Positions 25,863 to 34,884 of a stretch of 42,300 bases of DNA are shown in pieces. The translations under genes and the position numbers were made by a program. The stretch covers positions 1 to 42,300 of the forward strand of contig JAGVXK010000008.1 in NCBI GenBank assembly GCA_018303825.1, written 5' to 3'. The notes under the pieces are model-generated. The model saw only the letters and a program-made list of their open reading frames with translations, did no database searches and was not told the origin of the DNA. Position 1 is the first letter of the stretch. Each line of letters begins with the position of its first letter. Source of the DNA: Candidatus Pacearchaeota archaeon. Lineage in GTDB: Archaea; Nanobdellota; Nanobdellia; Pacearchaeales; GW2011-AR1.

Positions 25863-27191
25863 CTATCTCTTACTAAGTTTATATCCTTCTTTCTTGTCTT
25901 CGACCATAAATCCTTTTTCTGATATCTTTTTTCTCAGTTCATCTGCTAATTTCCAGTCTTTTGCTTTTCTTGTTTCTTCCCTTTGTTCTACCAGTTCTTT
26001 GACGTCTTTTGGAATGACAATTTTTTCTTTTTCCAATAAACTTAAGCCTAAAACTTTGTCCATTTCCTTTATTGTATTTAATTTTCCTTTTGCTTTTTCA
26101 TCCCTGACTAAATTCCACAGAACTGCGAGAGCTTTTGGTGTGTTAAGGTCATCATCCATTGCTTTCCTAAACTCATCCAAGTATTCTTCATTCTTCTTTT
26201 TATCATCCCTTATGTCAAATATAATATTTTTTAATCTTTCATAAGCTGTTTTAGAATCGTCCAGAATTTTTTTATTGAAGTCTATTGCCTGCCTGTATTG
26301 ATTTGATATAATAAAATATCTTATAACTGTTCCATTATAATTTTTTAATACATCTTTGATTGTTCTGAAGTTTCCAAGTGATTTGCTCATTTTTACTTTA
26401 TCAACATTAATCATTCCGTTATGAATCCAGAAGTTTGCTATTTTTTTACCATAGGCAGCTTCGCTTTGTGCAATTTCATCTTCATGATGCGGGAATATTA
26501 AATCTTGGCCACCGCCATGAATGTCAAAAGGCAGTCCAAGAATAGAATACGACATGGCAGAACATTCAGCGTGCCAGCCAGGCCGACCCGCTCCCCAGGG
26601 AGAATCCCATTCAGGCTCTCCGGGCTTTGAGAATTTCCAAAGAACAAAGTCTTCCTTATTCTTTTTTTCTTCATTTGCCTTCACCCGCGCTCCAGACTTC
26701 AAGTTTTCTATATTTTGATGCGAGAGATTTCCATAATCTTTGAATTTGGAAACATCATAATAAACCCCGTCTCCTTCAATCAGATAAGTGTATCCCTTCT
26801 CTTCAAGCTTTTTTACAAGTTCTATCATTTCTTTTACATATTCTGTTGCCTTTGGCTGTACATCTGGTTTGCCGATGTTTAGCAAGAAGTAATCTTTAAG
26901 ATGAGCAAGAGTATTTCTTTTTGTCAGCGATTCTATAGATTCATTCAATTCTTTTGCCTTGTTTATTATTTTATCTTCTATATCTGTTATGTTAGAAACA
27001 AATTTTACTTTATATCCTGAAAAAATTAGGTATCTTCTTAATATATCAAAAGATATCTGCGCCCTTGCATGGCCTAGATGAGGAACATTATTCACAGTCG
27101 GACCGCAGACATACATTCCAACATTTCCTGGCTTGATCGGTTTAAACTCCTCTTTCTTTCTTGTTAATGTATTATATAATAACAGACCCAT
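25863..27191 (-). CDS. cysS: Cysteine--tRNA ligase
   Basis: LYNTLTR, VCGPTV, HLGH, PGWHAECSAM, HGGG-DL-FPHH, KMSKS. The start is placed at the second Met (27191); the track start is 27236. Confidence 0.97.
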   Translation of the reverse strand: MGLLLYNTLTRKKEEFKPIKPGNVGMYVCGPTVNNVPHLGHARAQISFDILRRYLIFSGYKVKFVSNITDIEDKIINKAKELNESIESLTKRNTLAHLKDYFLLNIGKPDVQPKATEYVKEMIELVKKLEEKGYTYLIEGDGVYYDVSKFKDYGNLSHQNIENLKSGARVKANEEKKNKEDFVLWKFSKPGEPEWDSPWGAGRPGWHAECSAMSYSILGLPFDIHGGGQDLIFPHHEDEIAQSEAAYGKKIANFWIHNGMINVDKVKMSKSLGNFRTIKDVLKNYNGTVIRYFIISNQYRQAIDFNKKILDDSKTAYERLKNIIFDIRDDKKKNEEYLDEFRKAMDDDLNTPKALAVLWNLVRDEKAKGKLNTIKEMDKVLGLSLLEKEKIVIPKDVKELVEQREETRKAKDWKLADELRKKISEKGFMVEDKKEGYKLSKR

Positions 27192-27442
27192 AATAAATTG
27201 ATTAACTTGTATGTTTAAAATGCTTTCTAGTCCCAAAACCTATTTATCTAACCAAACACGCCGATAATACTTTGTATGAATAATATTTAACATGAAGAAT
27301 TTAAGATTTTTACATTAATTAACAGAAGGCCTATTAAAACAGCTTTTTATGATAATTTTAGTGAAAGACCTAAGTCTTTCCCTAAATAGTCAACGACAAA
27401 CTGCGGAAATATTAATGTTCTTGACTATATTGTCAAACAGAA

Positions 27443-28150
27443 TTAAGCGTTCTTGTTTATGAACTTTTCAAATTCGTCAAGGTTTTCAGAAAGAGCTTCT
27501 ATTGCTCTGGTAAGAATATCTTTTGCTGGAAGGTTTCCATATGATTCAATGATTAAAAGAATTTCATTTGCACCGATAACTGCAGATTTGTCCATATCTC
27601 TTATTTTATCTGCTTCGAGGTCATTTAAGTCGCAAATCCACTTGCTTTCTTGCTTTTCTGGCTTGATGAGGGCGAATTTGAAACCTTGAACTATCTTGTC
27701 TGCTTCAGGGCTTGACTTTACTTCCAATAAATGCCTGTAAAAGCATAATCCTGGAACGAATTTTGCATGATTAATTCCCTTTCCAAGAACCGCCGTAGCT
27801 ACTAACTCTAATTTATGCCCTTCTCCGAGAATTGTTATGGGAATGTTATTAAAAACTATATCTCCTGCTCCCTTTAGGTCTTTTGAATAAACTGTGCATG
27901 GACCTTCTTTAGTTAATTTAAAGTCTATTTTTGTCTTTGATGTCATTGATTTTTCTGTTACCAAAGGAATTAAACCTAATCTGTGGGCAAGAACCTCGTC
28001 ATATAATGCAGAATCATTCTTGTAAATTTCAACTTCATCTATTGCCAGAACCGGAATTTCTGAAACTGAGCGTCTTATCGCATTGGCAAGAGATTCCGAT
28101 ATCTGTCCTCTTAAAACAAGTTTTTCCTTTGTATTTGTTATTGCTTCCAT
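27443..28150 (-). CDS. rpoD: RNA polymerase subunit Rpo3 (D)
   Basis: ANAIRR...VLAIDEV...NDSALYDEVLAHRLGLIPL...HAKF. Confidence 0.95.
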   Translation of the reverse strand: MEAITNTKEKLVLRGQISESLANAIRRSVSEIPVLAIDEVEIYKNDSALYDEVLAHRLGLIPLVTEKSMTSKTKIDFKLTKEGPCTVYSKDLKGAGDIVFNNIPITILGEGHKLELVATAVLGKGINHAKFVPGLCFYRHLLEVKSSPEADKIVQGFKFALIKPEKQESKWICDLNDLEADKIRDMDKSAVIGANEILLIIESYGNLPAKDILTRAIEALSENLDEFEKFINKNA

Positions 28151-28187
28151 TTTATTATTAATAAAAAGAGTCTTTTAAAGCTTGCCT

Positions 28188-28820
28188 TTAGACTCTTCTG
28201 CCCCTTTTGCCCCCTTTCTTCTTAGGTCCTCCACGAGGAACCCTTGTAGCGTCTAAAACATTAAGAATTCTGAATCCTTCTCTACCCAAAGATTTAACAG
28301 CAGAGTGCGCTCCTGGGCCCACTCCAAGGCCTTCAGTGTTTGTCTTTGCTCTCATTCTAATGAACAAGGCGTTGATTCCTAAGTCTTTCGCTCTTTCTGC
28401 AGCCTTTTTTGCAACGAACATCGCGATTGTTGGGTCTGCTTTCAATCTTGAATGCTTTGTAACCATTCCACCAGAGACACGAGAAATTGTATTTCCTGCT
28501 AGGTCTGTAATATGGACAATTGTATTGTTTGGAGATGAGAAAATGTATGCTATTCCTGCTCTTTCTTCTTTCTTTTCTACCTTATCGCTATCAGTCACAC
28601 TATCACTGGCTTCATTGCTTTTACCTTTTTTATCCTCAATTATTTCCTTCGCCTCAACTTTTACTTCAACATTTTTATCTTTTAACTCGTTTTTTATATC
28701 TATTTCATTGCGTTTAACCTCAACTTTCTTTTCTATCTTAATATCTTCTTTAGATTTTTCTTTAATAACTTTTTTTTCTTTCACTTCTGCTTTATAGATT
28801 ATTGATTTTTCTTTTGCCAT
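28188..28820 (-). CDS. rps11: 30S ribosomal protein S11 (uS11) with a ~85-aa charged N-terminal extension
   Basis: IFSSPNNTIVHITDL...GPGAHSA...GGKRGRRV. Confidence 0.95.
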   Translation of the reverse strand: MAKEKSIIYKAEVKEKKVIKEKSKEDIKIEKKVEVKRNEIDIKNELKDKNVEVKVEAKEIIEDKKGKSNEASDSVTDSDKVEKKEERAGIAYIFSSPNNTIVHITDLAGNTISRVSGGMVTKHSRLKADPTIAMFVAKKAAERAKDLGINALFIRMRAKTNTEGLGVGPGAHSAVKSLGREGFRILNVLDATRVPRGGPKKKGGKRGRRV

Positions 28821-28822
28821 TT

Positions 28823-29362
28823 TTATTTAGCTTTCTCCTTTGCTTCTTTTGGTTGTTCCTCTTTTATTTCTCTTGCTTCTTTTGTTTCTGAAATTTCTTG
28901 CTTCGGAGCTTTTGGTTTTCTTTTCTTTAGTTTTATTTTGCCTTCTTCATTGACATAAACCAGATAACTCGGAATGTTTATCACTTTATTGTCTATTAAA
29001 ACTCTCTTATGGATTACCATTTGCCTTCCTTCTCTGACTGTTTTTGCCAAACCCTTTCTTTGTATGACTGAAGGAAGCCTTCTTTGAAGCAAGTCTTCAA
29101 CAGTTAATGCGAGAACATCTGCAATTGTTGAAACCTTAAGTCCAAAACCTCTAAGTTTATTGAAAAGAATTTCCTGCTCTTCATTTGCAGACTTTGCAAG
29201 TGCCATGGCCCTTCTTCTGAAATAGTTTACCTTAGCAATTGTTTTCCATATTTCTTTTTTATTTTTCAATCCATATTTTTCCAAAAGAACGTTCTCTTCC
29301 TTTATTCTTGATAGTTCATATGCTTTCCTTGGCTTTGAGTATCTATTTGGTTTTCTTATCAT
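28823..29362 (-). CDS. rps4: 30S ribosomal protein S4 (uS4)
   Basis: YGLKNKKEIW...RRL...RQMVIH...IPSYLV. Confidence 0.95.
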   Translation of the reverse strand: MIRKPNRYSKPRKAYELSRIKEENVLLEKYGLKNKKEIWKTIAKVNYFRRRAMALAKSANEEQEILFNKLRGFGLKVSTIADVLALTVEDLLQRRLPSVIQRKGLAKTVREGRQMVIHKRVLIDNKVINIPSYLVYVNEEGKIKLKKRKPKAPKQEISETKEAREIKEEQPKEAKEKAK

Positions 29363-29363
29363 C

Positions 29364-29918
29364 TTATTTTCCTGTTGACTTTATCGGTTGTTTAATTGCT
29401 TTTTTTCCGACGATTGCGACTTTCTTCTTTCTGAAGTGGGACCTTGTTCTCTGTCCACGGACTGGCTGGTTTGCCCCGTGCCTGATTCCAATATATGACT
29501 TCATTTGCTTTAGCCTCTTAATATCAAATTCTTCTCTAATGTCAAGGTCTGAGCCGTATAAATGCGATGTCTTTCCTGTCTCAGGATCAAACCTTCTGTT
29601 TTTCATAAATGGCAATACTTCCAGATTTTTAAGAAAGTTTTCAATTTTTTTTATTTCATCTTTTGATAAATCCTGGATTCTTTTATTTCTTGGCATGCCG
29701 AGTTTAATGCACGCTGCATTAGAAATGCTCCATGAAATTCCTTTTATTCTTGTTAACCCTGCATAAATGTTCTTTGTTCCAGGAATGTCATATCCGAAAA
29801 TTCTGACTAGGGATTCGTATCTTTCTTCTTTCATCGGTTTCTTTTCTTCTTTTAGTTCTTTCTTTTCCTGTTTAGGCTTTTGCTTCTTTTCTTCTTGTTT
29901 TTGCTTTTCTTCTGCCAT
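29364..29918 (-). CDS. rps13: 30S ribosomal protein S13 (uS13)
   Basis: LTRIKGIS...SYIGIRH...PVRGQRTRS. Confidence 0.96.
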   Translation of the reverse strand: MAEEKQKQEEKKQKPKQEKKELKEEKKPMKEERYESLVRIFGYDIPGTKNIYAGLTRIKGISWSISNAACIKLGMPRNKRIQDLSKDEIKKIENFLKNLEVLPFMKNRRFDPETGKTSHLYGSDLDIREEFDIKRLKQMKSYIGIRHGANQPVRGQRTRSHFRKKKVAIVGKKAIKQPIKSTGK

Positions 29919-29939
29919 TTTTATTTTAAATTTTATTTC

Positions 29940-30476
29940 TTATTTAACAAAGAGGTTGAATCTTTGTTTTTCTGTCAATTCTTCCAATATTCTTTTTTCT
30001 ATTGCTTTCTTAGGATCAGGTAAGTTTGAAACCTTTGCTTTTATATCATCAAAAGATTCAAAGGCTTTTTCTTCTCTTGCCTTTAAAATCTCCTGTGTGT
30101 GTTTCTTGCCAAACCCAGGCAATAGTTCAAGCTGATGTAGTCTTGTGTTGATTGCCTGAGCAGTGTTAAAGAAATCTACGAATTTCTTCTCCTGCTCCGC
30201 AACTATTTTTTCTACATAAGTTTGTAGTTGGATCTTTGCAGTCTCCGTTAACTTCTCTCTTGGCAGCCTGCCAGAGATATAGTATATCTTATCTCTCTTT
30301 TCTTGACCTATATAAACCTTTTCTCCACTCTCTAAAGTCATTCCACGCCTTGGAATTAACTCAAGAAGGACAAGAGTCTTTTCTCCTATCGCCTGGGCTA
30401 CGGGAAGCATTTTCTCCCCCATTGGATAGCCATATGGCAGGTAATCTAAGATTATCGCATTATCTTCTTTTTCCAT
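29940..30476 (-). CDS. DUF655 putative RNA-binding protein
   Basis: LDYLPYG...QAIG...LHQLELLPGFGKK; conserved neighbour of rpo4. Confidence 0.9.
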   Translation of the reverse strand: MEKEDNAIILDYLPYGYPMGEKMLPVAQAIGEKTLVLLELIPRRGMTLESGEKVYIGQEKRDKIYYISGRLPREKLTETAKIQLQTYVEKIVAEQEKKFVDFFNTAQAINTRLHQLELLPGFGKKHTQEILKAREEKAFESFDDIKAKVSNLPDPKKAIEKRILEELTEKQRFNLFVK

Positions 30477-30482
30477 TTTAGT

Positions 30483-30791
30483 TTATTTAATATATTTAGA
30501 AACAATATCAACAACTGCCCTTGCCTCTTCTTCTGAAAGACCAACCTCTATAAATATTTTATTTACATCTTCGCTGTCTTCTGGGAGCAAGTCGATGACT
30601 TTTACTATGTCTGAATCTTTTACCTTTGGATTGTTTAATGCCTTTATTTCTTCTGCAAGCTTTTCAGCTTTATCTCTGCTTAACTTTGAGAAAGTCTTGA
30701 AATATCCATGAATTGGCTTGGACTCGCTCATGTTTTTTATATATTCTTTCGCTTCGACCATTGTTAGGGCCTTTCTGTTTAGTACGTTCAT
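30483..30791 (-). CDS. rpoF: RNA polymerase subunit Rpo4 (F)
   Basis: KVIDLLPED motif and position in rpl21e-rpo4-DUF655. Confidence 0.9.
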   Translation of the reverse strand: MNVLNRKALTMVEAKEYIKNMSESKPIHGYFKTFSKLSRDKAEKLAEEIKALNNPKVKDSDIVKVIDLLPEDSEDVNKIFIEVGLSEEEARAVVDIVSKYIK

Positions 30792-30792
30792 T

Positions 30793-31047
30793 TTATGCTT
30801 TGATTTTGATTAGATGGATTGGTTTAATAAGGTATCTCTTTAGTTTGTTTATGTCTTTTATTTCAACATAATAGGCATCTCCCCGCTTTTCTATGACTTT
30901 TCCAGTCCTTCCTTGCAGCTTCTTCACATAGTAAAACGGAACATTTAATTCCTGAGACACAGCTACGTAATCTCCAGTTTTAAACTTCTGGAAATATCTT
31001 GTCAATGACAATTTTCCCTTTGTTCTTATTCTCTTATGACTCAGCAT
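30793..31047 (-). CDS. rpl21e: 50S ribosomal protein L21e (eL21)
   Basis: FKTGDYV...QGRTGKV...KPIHL. Confidence 0.93.
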   Translation of the reverse strand: MLSHKRIRTKGKLSLTRYFQKFKTGDYVAVSQELNVPFYYVKKLQGRTGKVIEKRGDAYYVEIKDINKLKRYLIKPIHLIKIKA

Positions 31048-31113
31048 TTTAATATCTGATAAAAGTAGTTTAAAAAGATTTGCTTTAATGAGTGTGTCGC
31101 ATCTTAGGGACTT

Positions 31114-31515
31114 TTATCCATAATTTTCTCGCTTGTCGCTTTCGGGACTTTCTGTCAATCTTAATTCAGTTAGATTAAGATACCTCATTTTTCCATCTCC
31201 TCTGCAAATCCCTTTATAGCTTAGAGTTAATTCCTTTGTTATTCCTGAAAAGGTTTTATCTTCCATCAGAATCATATCTCCGTTCGGTTCAATTAGCTCG
31301 TGTCTTATGTTTTGAACTCCTTTTCGGTCTTCTAAAAAGGTGATAGTTAAATCAGGATTTATTCCATAATGTATATGTGCTTCTTTACCTTTCTTACCAA
31401 TTAATATATCATAATAAGTTTTTTTATTCTTTATCTTTATCCAAAAATTTTTAGTTCTTCCTTCAATTTTGTTAATATTACTAACTTTAAGCCAAGTATC
31501 CTCTTTAAGTTGCAT
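31114..31515 (-). CDS. Hypothetical passenger protein
   Basis: 133-aa ORF whose start overlaps the transposase end and whose stop abuts the left IR. Confidence 0.6.
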   Translation of the reverse strand: MQLKEDTWLKVSNINKIEGRTKNFWIKIKNKKTYYDILIGKKGKEAHIHYGINPDLTITFLEDRKGVQNIRHELIEPNGDMILMEDKTFSGITKELTLSYKGICRGDGKMRYLNLTELRLTESPESDKRENYG

Positions 31516-31968
31516 GGTTTTTAGAAAGCGAATTTATTAATAAAGTGTTCCATCTATTCCCTTGAACTCCTATCCCACATTTATCAGCAGGGGTTAAATC
31601 ATCTCTTGCTGACTTTCTAACAAAATTATGAAATACCTTAAAGCCGTCTTGATAGGTCTGAACTTCCTTAACTCCCTTTCTTACTTTATGAAAGTCCTTT
31701 ATTAAAGCATGATGGCTCTCTATTGCATTATTGTTAATCTCTTTCCTATGCCCTTTGATTGAAGTAAAATTAACCTTCCTTTCTTGTCCCAAATTTCTAA
31801 ATGTTTTCTACATCCATCTTGATAACCTGCATATCCATCTACGATTATCTGGAATGGAATTTTACCATTTTGCTTTAATGCTTCTTGAAAGACTTTCTCT
31901 GCATATTTACTACTTCTACTTCTTCCAGAATTAACAGAGGCAAGTAAAAACTTTGTTTCTTTGTTCAT
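31505..31968 (-). pseudogene. IS6-like DDE transposase remnant (5'-truncated, frameshifted)
   Basis: KETKFLLAS...IIVDG (D) in one frame and NNNAIES (E)...HNFVR...LTPA in the next. One extra A in the run at 31804-07 would join them. Confidence 0.8.
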
Positions 31969-32725
31969 TACTAATGGAAAAGGCATTTCCCTTTTTAACA
32001 AGATTAACTGGTTCTCCACTTGAGTTTGAGATTTTTATTTTATCGGCTCCCCTCGAACCATTATTTATTTGTCTTAATTGTTCGAAGAAATCTCTTAATA
32101 CAATCATAAGGGAAGAAGTAGTATGGTGGTCATTAAAAAATATTGTTTTTAATGGGCTATTCTTTTCTTCTGCACAAAGAAAGTTCAACCAACTTAAACA
32201 ATTATCTGGATAATTAAACAAATTCTTAAAAGTTCCATCTGTATAAAGTAGGGGGCATATCGCTTCCTTCTTTATTTCAATCTTCTTTTTATGCCCTACT
32301 ATTCCGAGAATTAAATGTATCGCCCCTAAAGGATATTTTAAGTTGAAAGAATTCTTTGCATCATATCCCCTTATATTATTGGGTTGTATACAATTATCAA
32401 AATTAAACCAGATATTAGGAACTTGCCTTTTATTATACAAAACCATATGATGTCCTAAACTTTTGACATAATCTCTGAAAATTTCCATATCTAAAAAGAT
32501 GCATTCTTTAACACTTTCTCCCTTCTTCAAAGCCAATACTTTACCATCATAATATCCCACAACATTTCAATTTAGAAATTTTGACATAAACAATCCGCAT
32601 AATAACCCATCACTATCTGGGCTTAAAATACATTTTTGGTTTTCTTTAACAATCCAAGGATACTTTTTTATTATATTATCATAAATTATCTTTCCATCCT
32701 CATCAACTAAGTCCTCTTTTTGCAT
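31931..32725 (-). pseudogene. DHH-phosphoesterase-like gene with an in-frame TGA (32567-69), apparently 3'-truncated
   Basis: MQKEDL...ILSPDSDG...FLN*NVVGYYDG...FLDME...LGHH; the frame is continuous across the TGA. Confidence 0.6.
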
Positions 32726-32808
32726 GTCTTATATACAAAAAACCCATATAAAAACCTATTCCTGTTTAAACCAAATACCTTTAATATCCTATTTCGGTAT
32801 ATAATATA

Positions 32809-32982
32809 ATGAGCCAAGAAGAAATACTCAATATATTAAAAGAATTTGGAGGGGTAGCATCAACAAATGAAATAAAAAGAAAAGCAAAAGAAAAGTATCC
32901 TTATACTTCCCTTAGAAGATTAAAAAGAAATAATAGAATAGAGAAATTTAACGGAAAATGGAGAATAAAGGAAGCAAAATGA
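32809..32982 (+). CDS. Small wHTH-like protein, 57 aa (not in the ORF track)
   Basis: MSQEEILNILKEFGGVASTNEIK...LRRLKR...W; divergent from the DHH-like gene. Confidence 0.5.
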   Translation: MSQEEILNILKEFGGVASTNEIKRKAKEKYPYTSLRRLKRNNRIEKFNGKWRIKEAK

Positions 32983-33297
32983 CTCTCAATTTATAAAAGT
33001 CCCGTCATGCAACATCAATATTCAAGTCCCGATTATGCGACACACTCTGCTTTAATAAATCTCAAAATTTCTTCTGATAAGGCTTCTGGTGAAGAACCCC
33101 AAAGATAAAACCTTAGAGCATAGGAAAACAAAAAACCCTGTTATCTCATGCAACGGCTTATCTTCATCGAGTATAAGATAATATTTTAGTTAAACTATTT
33201 TTATTTTTAATATCTATTTCCTGCCTTGCTTTATCCCAAAGACAAGACCTTTGGGTATTAAGGAAAAATAAAAAGCTCGTTAAATGTCATTATTATT

Positions 33298-33513
33298 TTA
33301 AAAGCGCCTAGTTGCCTTATTATGCTGTGAATCACTGAAAGAATCTGTTATGCTGCCTTGGAAGAGATCTCCGTTATCTCTTGATTTTTCCATGCCTTGC
33401 ACAATAGCATTGAACATCTTTTCTCCCCAAACCCCAACGCCGCATCTCCTACAGAAGTCTATTACGCTTTCGTCAGCTATTTCATTTTTGCAATATATGC
33501 ACTTTCTCGCCAT
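33298..33513 (-). CDS. Small zinc-finger-like protein
   Basis: CxxC (CIYC) ... CxxC (CRRC). Confidence 0.7.
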   Translation of the reverse strand: MARKCIYCKNEIADESVIDFCRRCGVGVWGEKMFNAIVQGMEKSRDNGDLFQGSITDSFSDSQHNKATRRF

Positions 33514-33649
33514 TTTACTCTTTTTTTATTAGGAGGATGTTGCATATTTGGTATTTAAAGTTTCTTATAGTTAAATGGATGATAAACTTAGAAGAAATTT
33601 CTTACTTTTTTATGAAAAATTTGTAATTCTTTCATGATTTTGCTAAATT

Positions 33650-34750
33650 TTATTTAACATCTGCTCCAATGGCTAGGCTTATATTTGTGTGGCCGTCTTT
33701 TTTTAGTAATTTTGCGAGTTCATAATTTATTTCTCCTATCAAACTTGGTCCCTGATATATCATTCCAGTAATGAGCTGCACAAGGTCAGCTCCAAGTTTT
33801 ATTTTTTTGTACGCATCTTTTGCATTGAAAATTCCTCCAACACCTATTATTATGAACTTTTTCTTTTTTGAATTTGCTTTTTTATAGACATACTCTAGGA
33901 TTTCATTTGATTTAGCTTCTATTGCCTTTCCAGACAAACCTCCTTTTGAAAATTCATGTTCTTTGCGGAGATTAGTGCATATAAATCCTTGAATTTCATA
34001 TTTCTCAGACAATTTTATTATTTCATTAATATCAGAATGTGAGGAGTCTGGAGATATTTTCGTAAATATTGGTTTTTTTACTCTTATTTTTCTTATTCCT
34101 TCCAGCAATTTTTTATATAAATCTGGAGAAGAGAATGCTCTCCCACCAAAAGCATTTGGACAGCTTATATTTAACACCAGAAAGTCTGCAAGATTCTTGA
34201 ATTTGTTTATTGTGTAAAGATAATCCTGCAAACCTATTTTTTCATTGCGTGTTTCCCTGCAATTTGTTTTTGCTACGCTGATTCCAATCGGAAAATTATA
34301 TTTTTTATCCTTTAATCTTTCATAGTTTATATCTGCTCCTTTATTATTTAATCCAAAATTAACCCATAGCGCCCTTCTGTCTACTAATCTTTCAAGTCTT
34401 TTTCCAGGATTTCCCTTGGAAGACCGGGCAGTTATGCTTCCTATTTCAACAAATCCAAATCCCACGTCTTCCATTATAGATATCATTTCGCCATTTTTAT
34501 CGAATCCTGCCGAAAGTCCAATCGGACTTTTGAATCTTATTCCCAAGATTTTCTGTTCCAAGACCCGATTTTGATAATTGAATGCAAAAGAGATTAGAAA
34601 TTTAGTTATCACATTAGAGCCAAGAATTTTTCCTATTTTAATAAAAGTGTTGTGTATTAATTCTGGCTCAAACAAAAATAGGATAGGTTTTACCAATTTA
34701 TCATACCCCAGACGATTAATTTTGTTCCTTATTTCAATGATTTTGTTCAT
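33650..34750 (-). CDS. pyrD: Dihydroorotate dehydrogenase, class 2 (quinone-type architecture)
   Basis: N-terminal helical extension with PE-H, GLSAGFDKN, GFVEIGSIT, NFGLNN, NISCPN, GGLSG, VQLITG. Confidence 0.9.
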   Translation of the reverse strand: MNKIIEIRNKINRLGYDKLVKPILFLFEPELIHNTFIKIGKILGSNVITKFLISFAFNYQNRVLEQKILGIRFKSPIGLSAGFDKNGEMISIMEDVGFGFVEIGSITARSSKGNPGKRLERLVDRRALWVNFGLNNKGADINYERLKDKKYNFPIGISVAKTNCRETRNEKIGLQDYLYTINKFKNLADFLVLNISCPNAFGGRAFSSPDLYKKLLEGIRKIRVKKPIFTKISPDSSHSDINEIIKLSEKYEIQGFICTNLRKEHEFSKGGLSGKAIEAKSNEILEYVYKKANSKKKKFIIIGVGGIFNAKDAYKKIKLGADLVQLITGMIYQGPSLIGEINYELAKLLKKDGHTNISLAIGADVK

Positions 34751-34884
34751 GAATTTAACTGAATATTAGGGGTTAAAAACATAACTATTATTTGACTGAT
34801 GATAATTACAGCAAAGCTGCGAATCGAGTCAAATAACGAGCTATAAAAATATAGCCAAAAAATAAAAATAAAAAAACAGAAATG

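Larger units (their letters stand above)
31090..33047. mobile_element. Decayed DDE transposon with passenger genes (1958 bp)
   Basis: Terminal IRs 31090-31113 and 33024-33047 (20/24 identical), flanked by the direct repeat TGCTTTAAT (31081-89 and 33048-56); contains an IS6-like DDE fragment. Confidence 0.88.

Noticed and set aside
27421-27436. Palindrome TTGAC-TATATT-GTCAA after rpo3
   Set aside because: Only 5-bp arms in AT-rich DNA, compatible with chance.
32567-32569. UGA recoding (Trp or Sec) genome-wide
   Set aside because: TGA is used as a normal stop elsewhere (for example xerA and ATGA overlaps), and the gene lies in a decaying element.
34791-34836. Hammerhead ribozyme or C/D box sRNA (CTGATGA)
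   Set aside because: No GAAA plus stem III geometry and no terminal CTGA box D.
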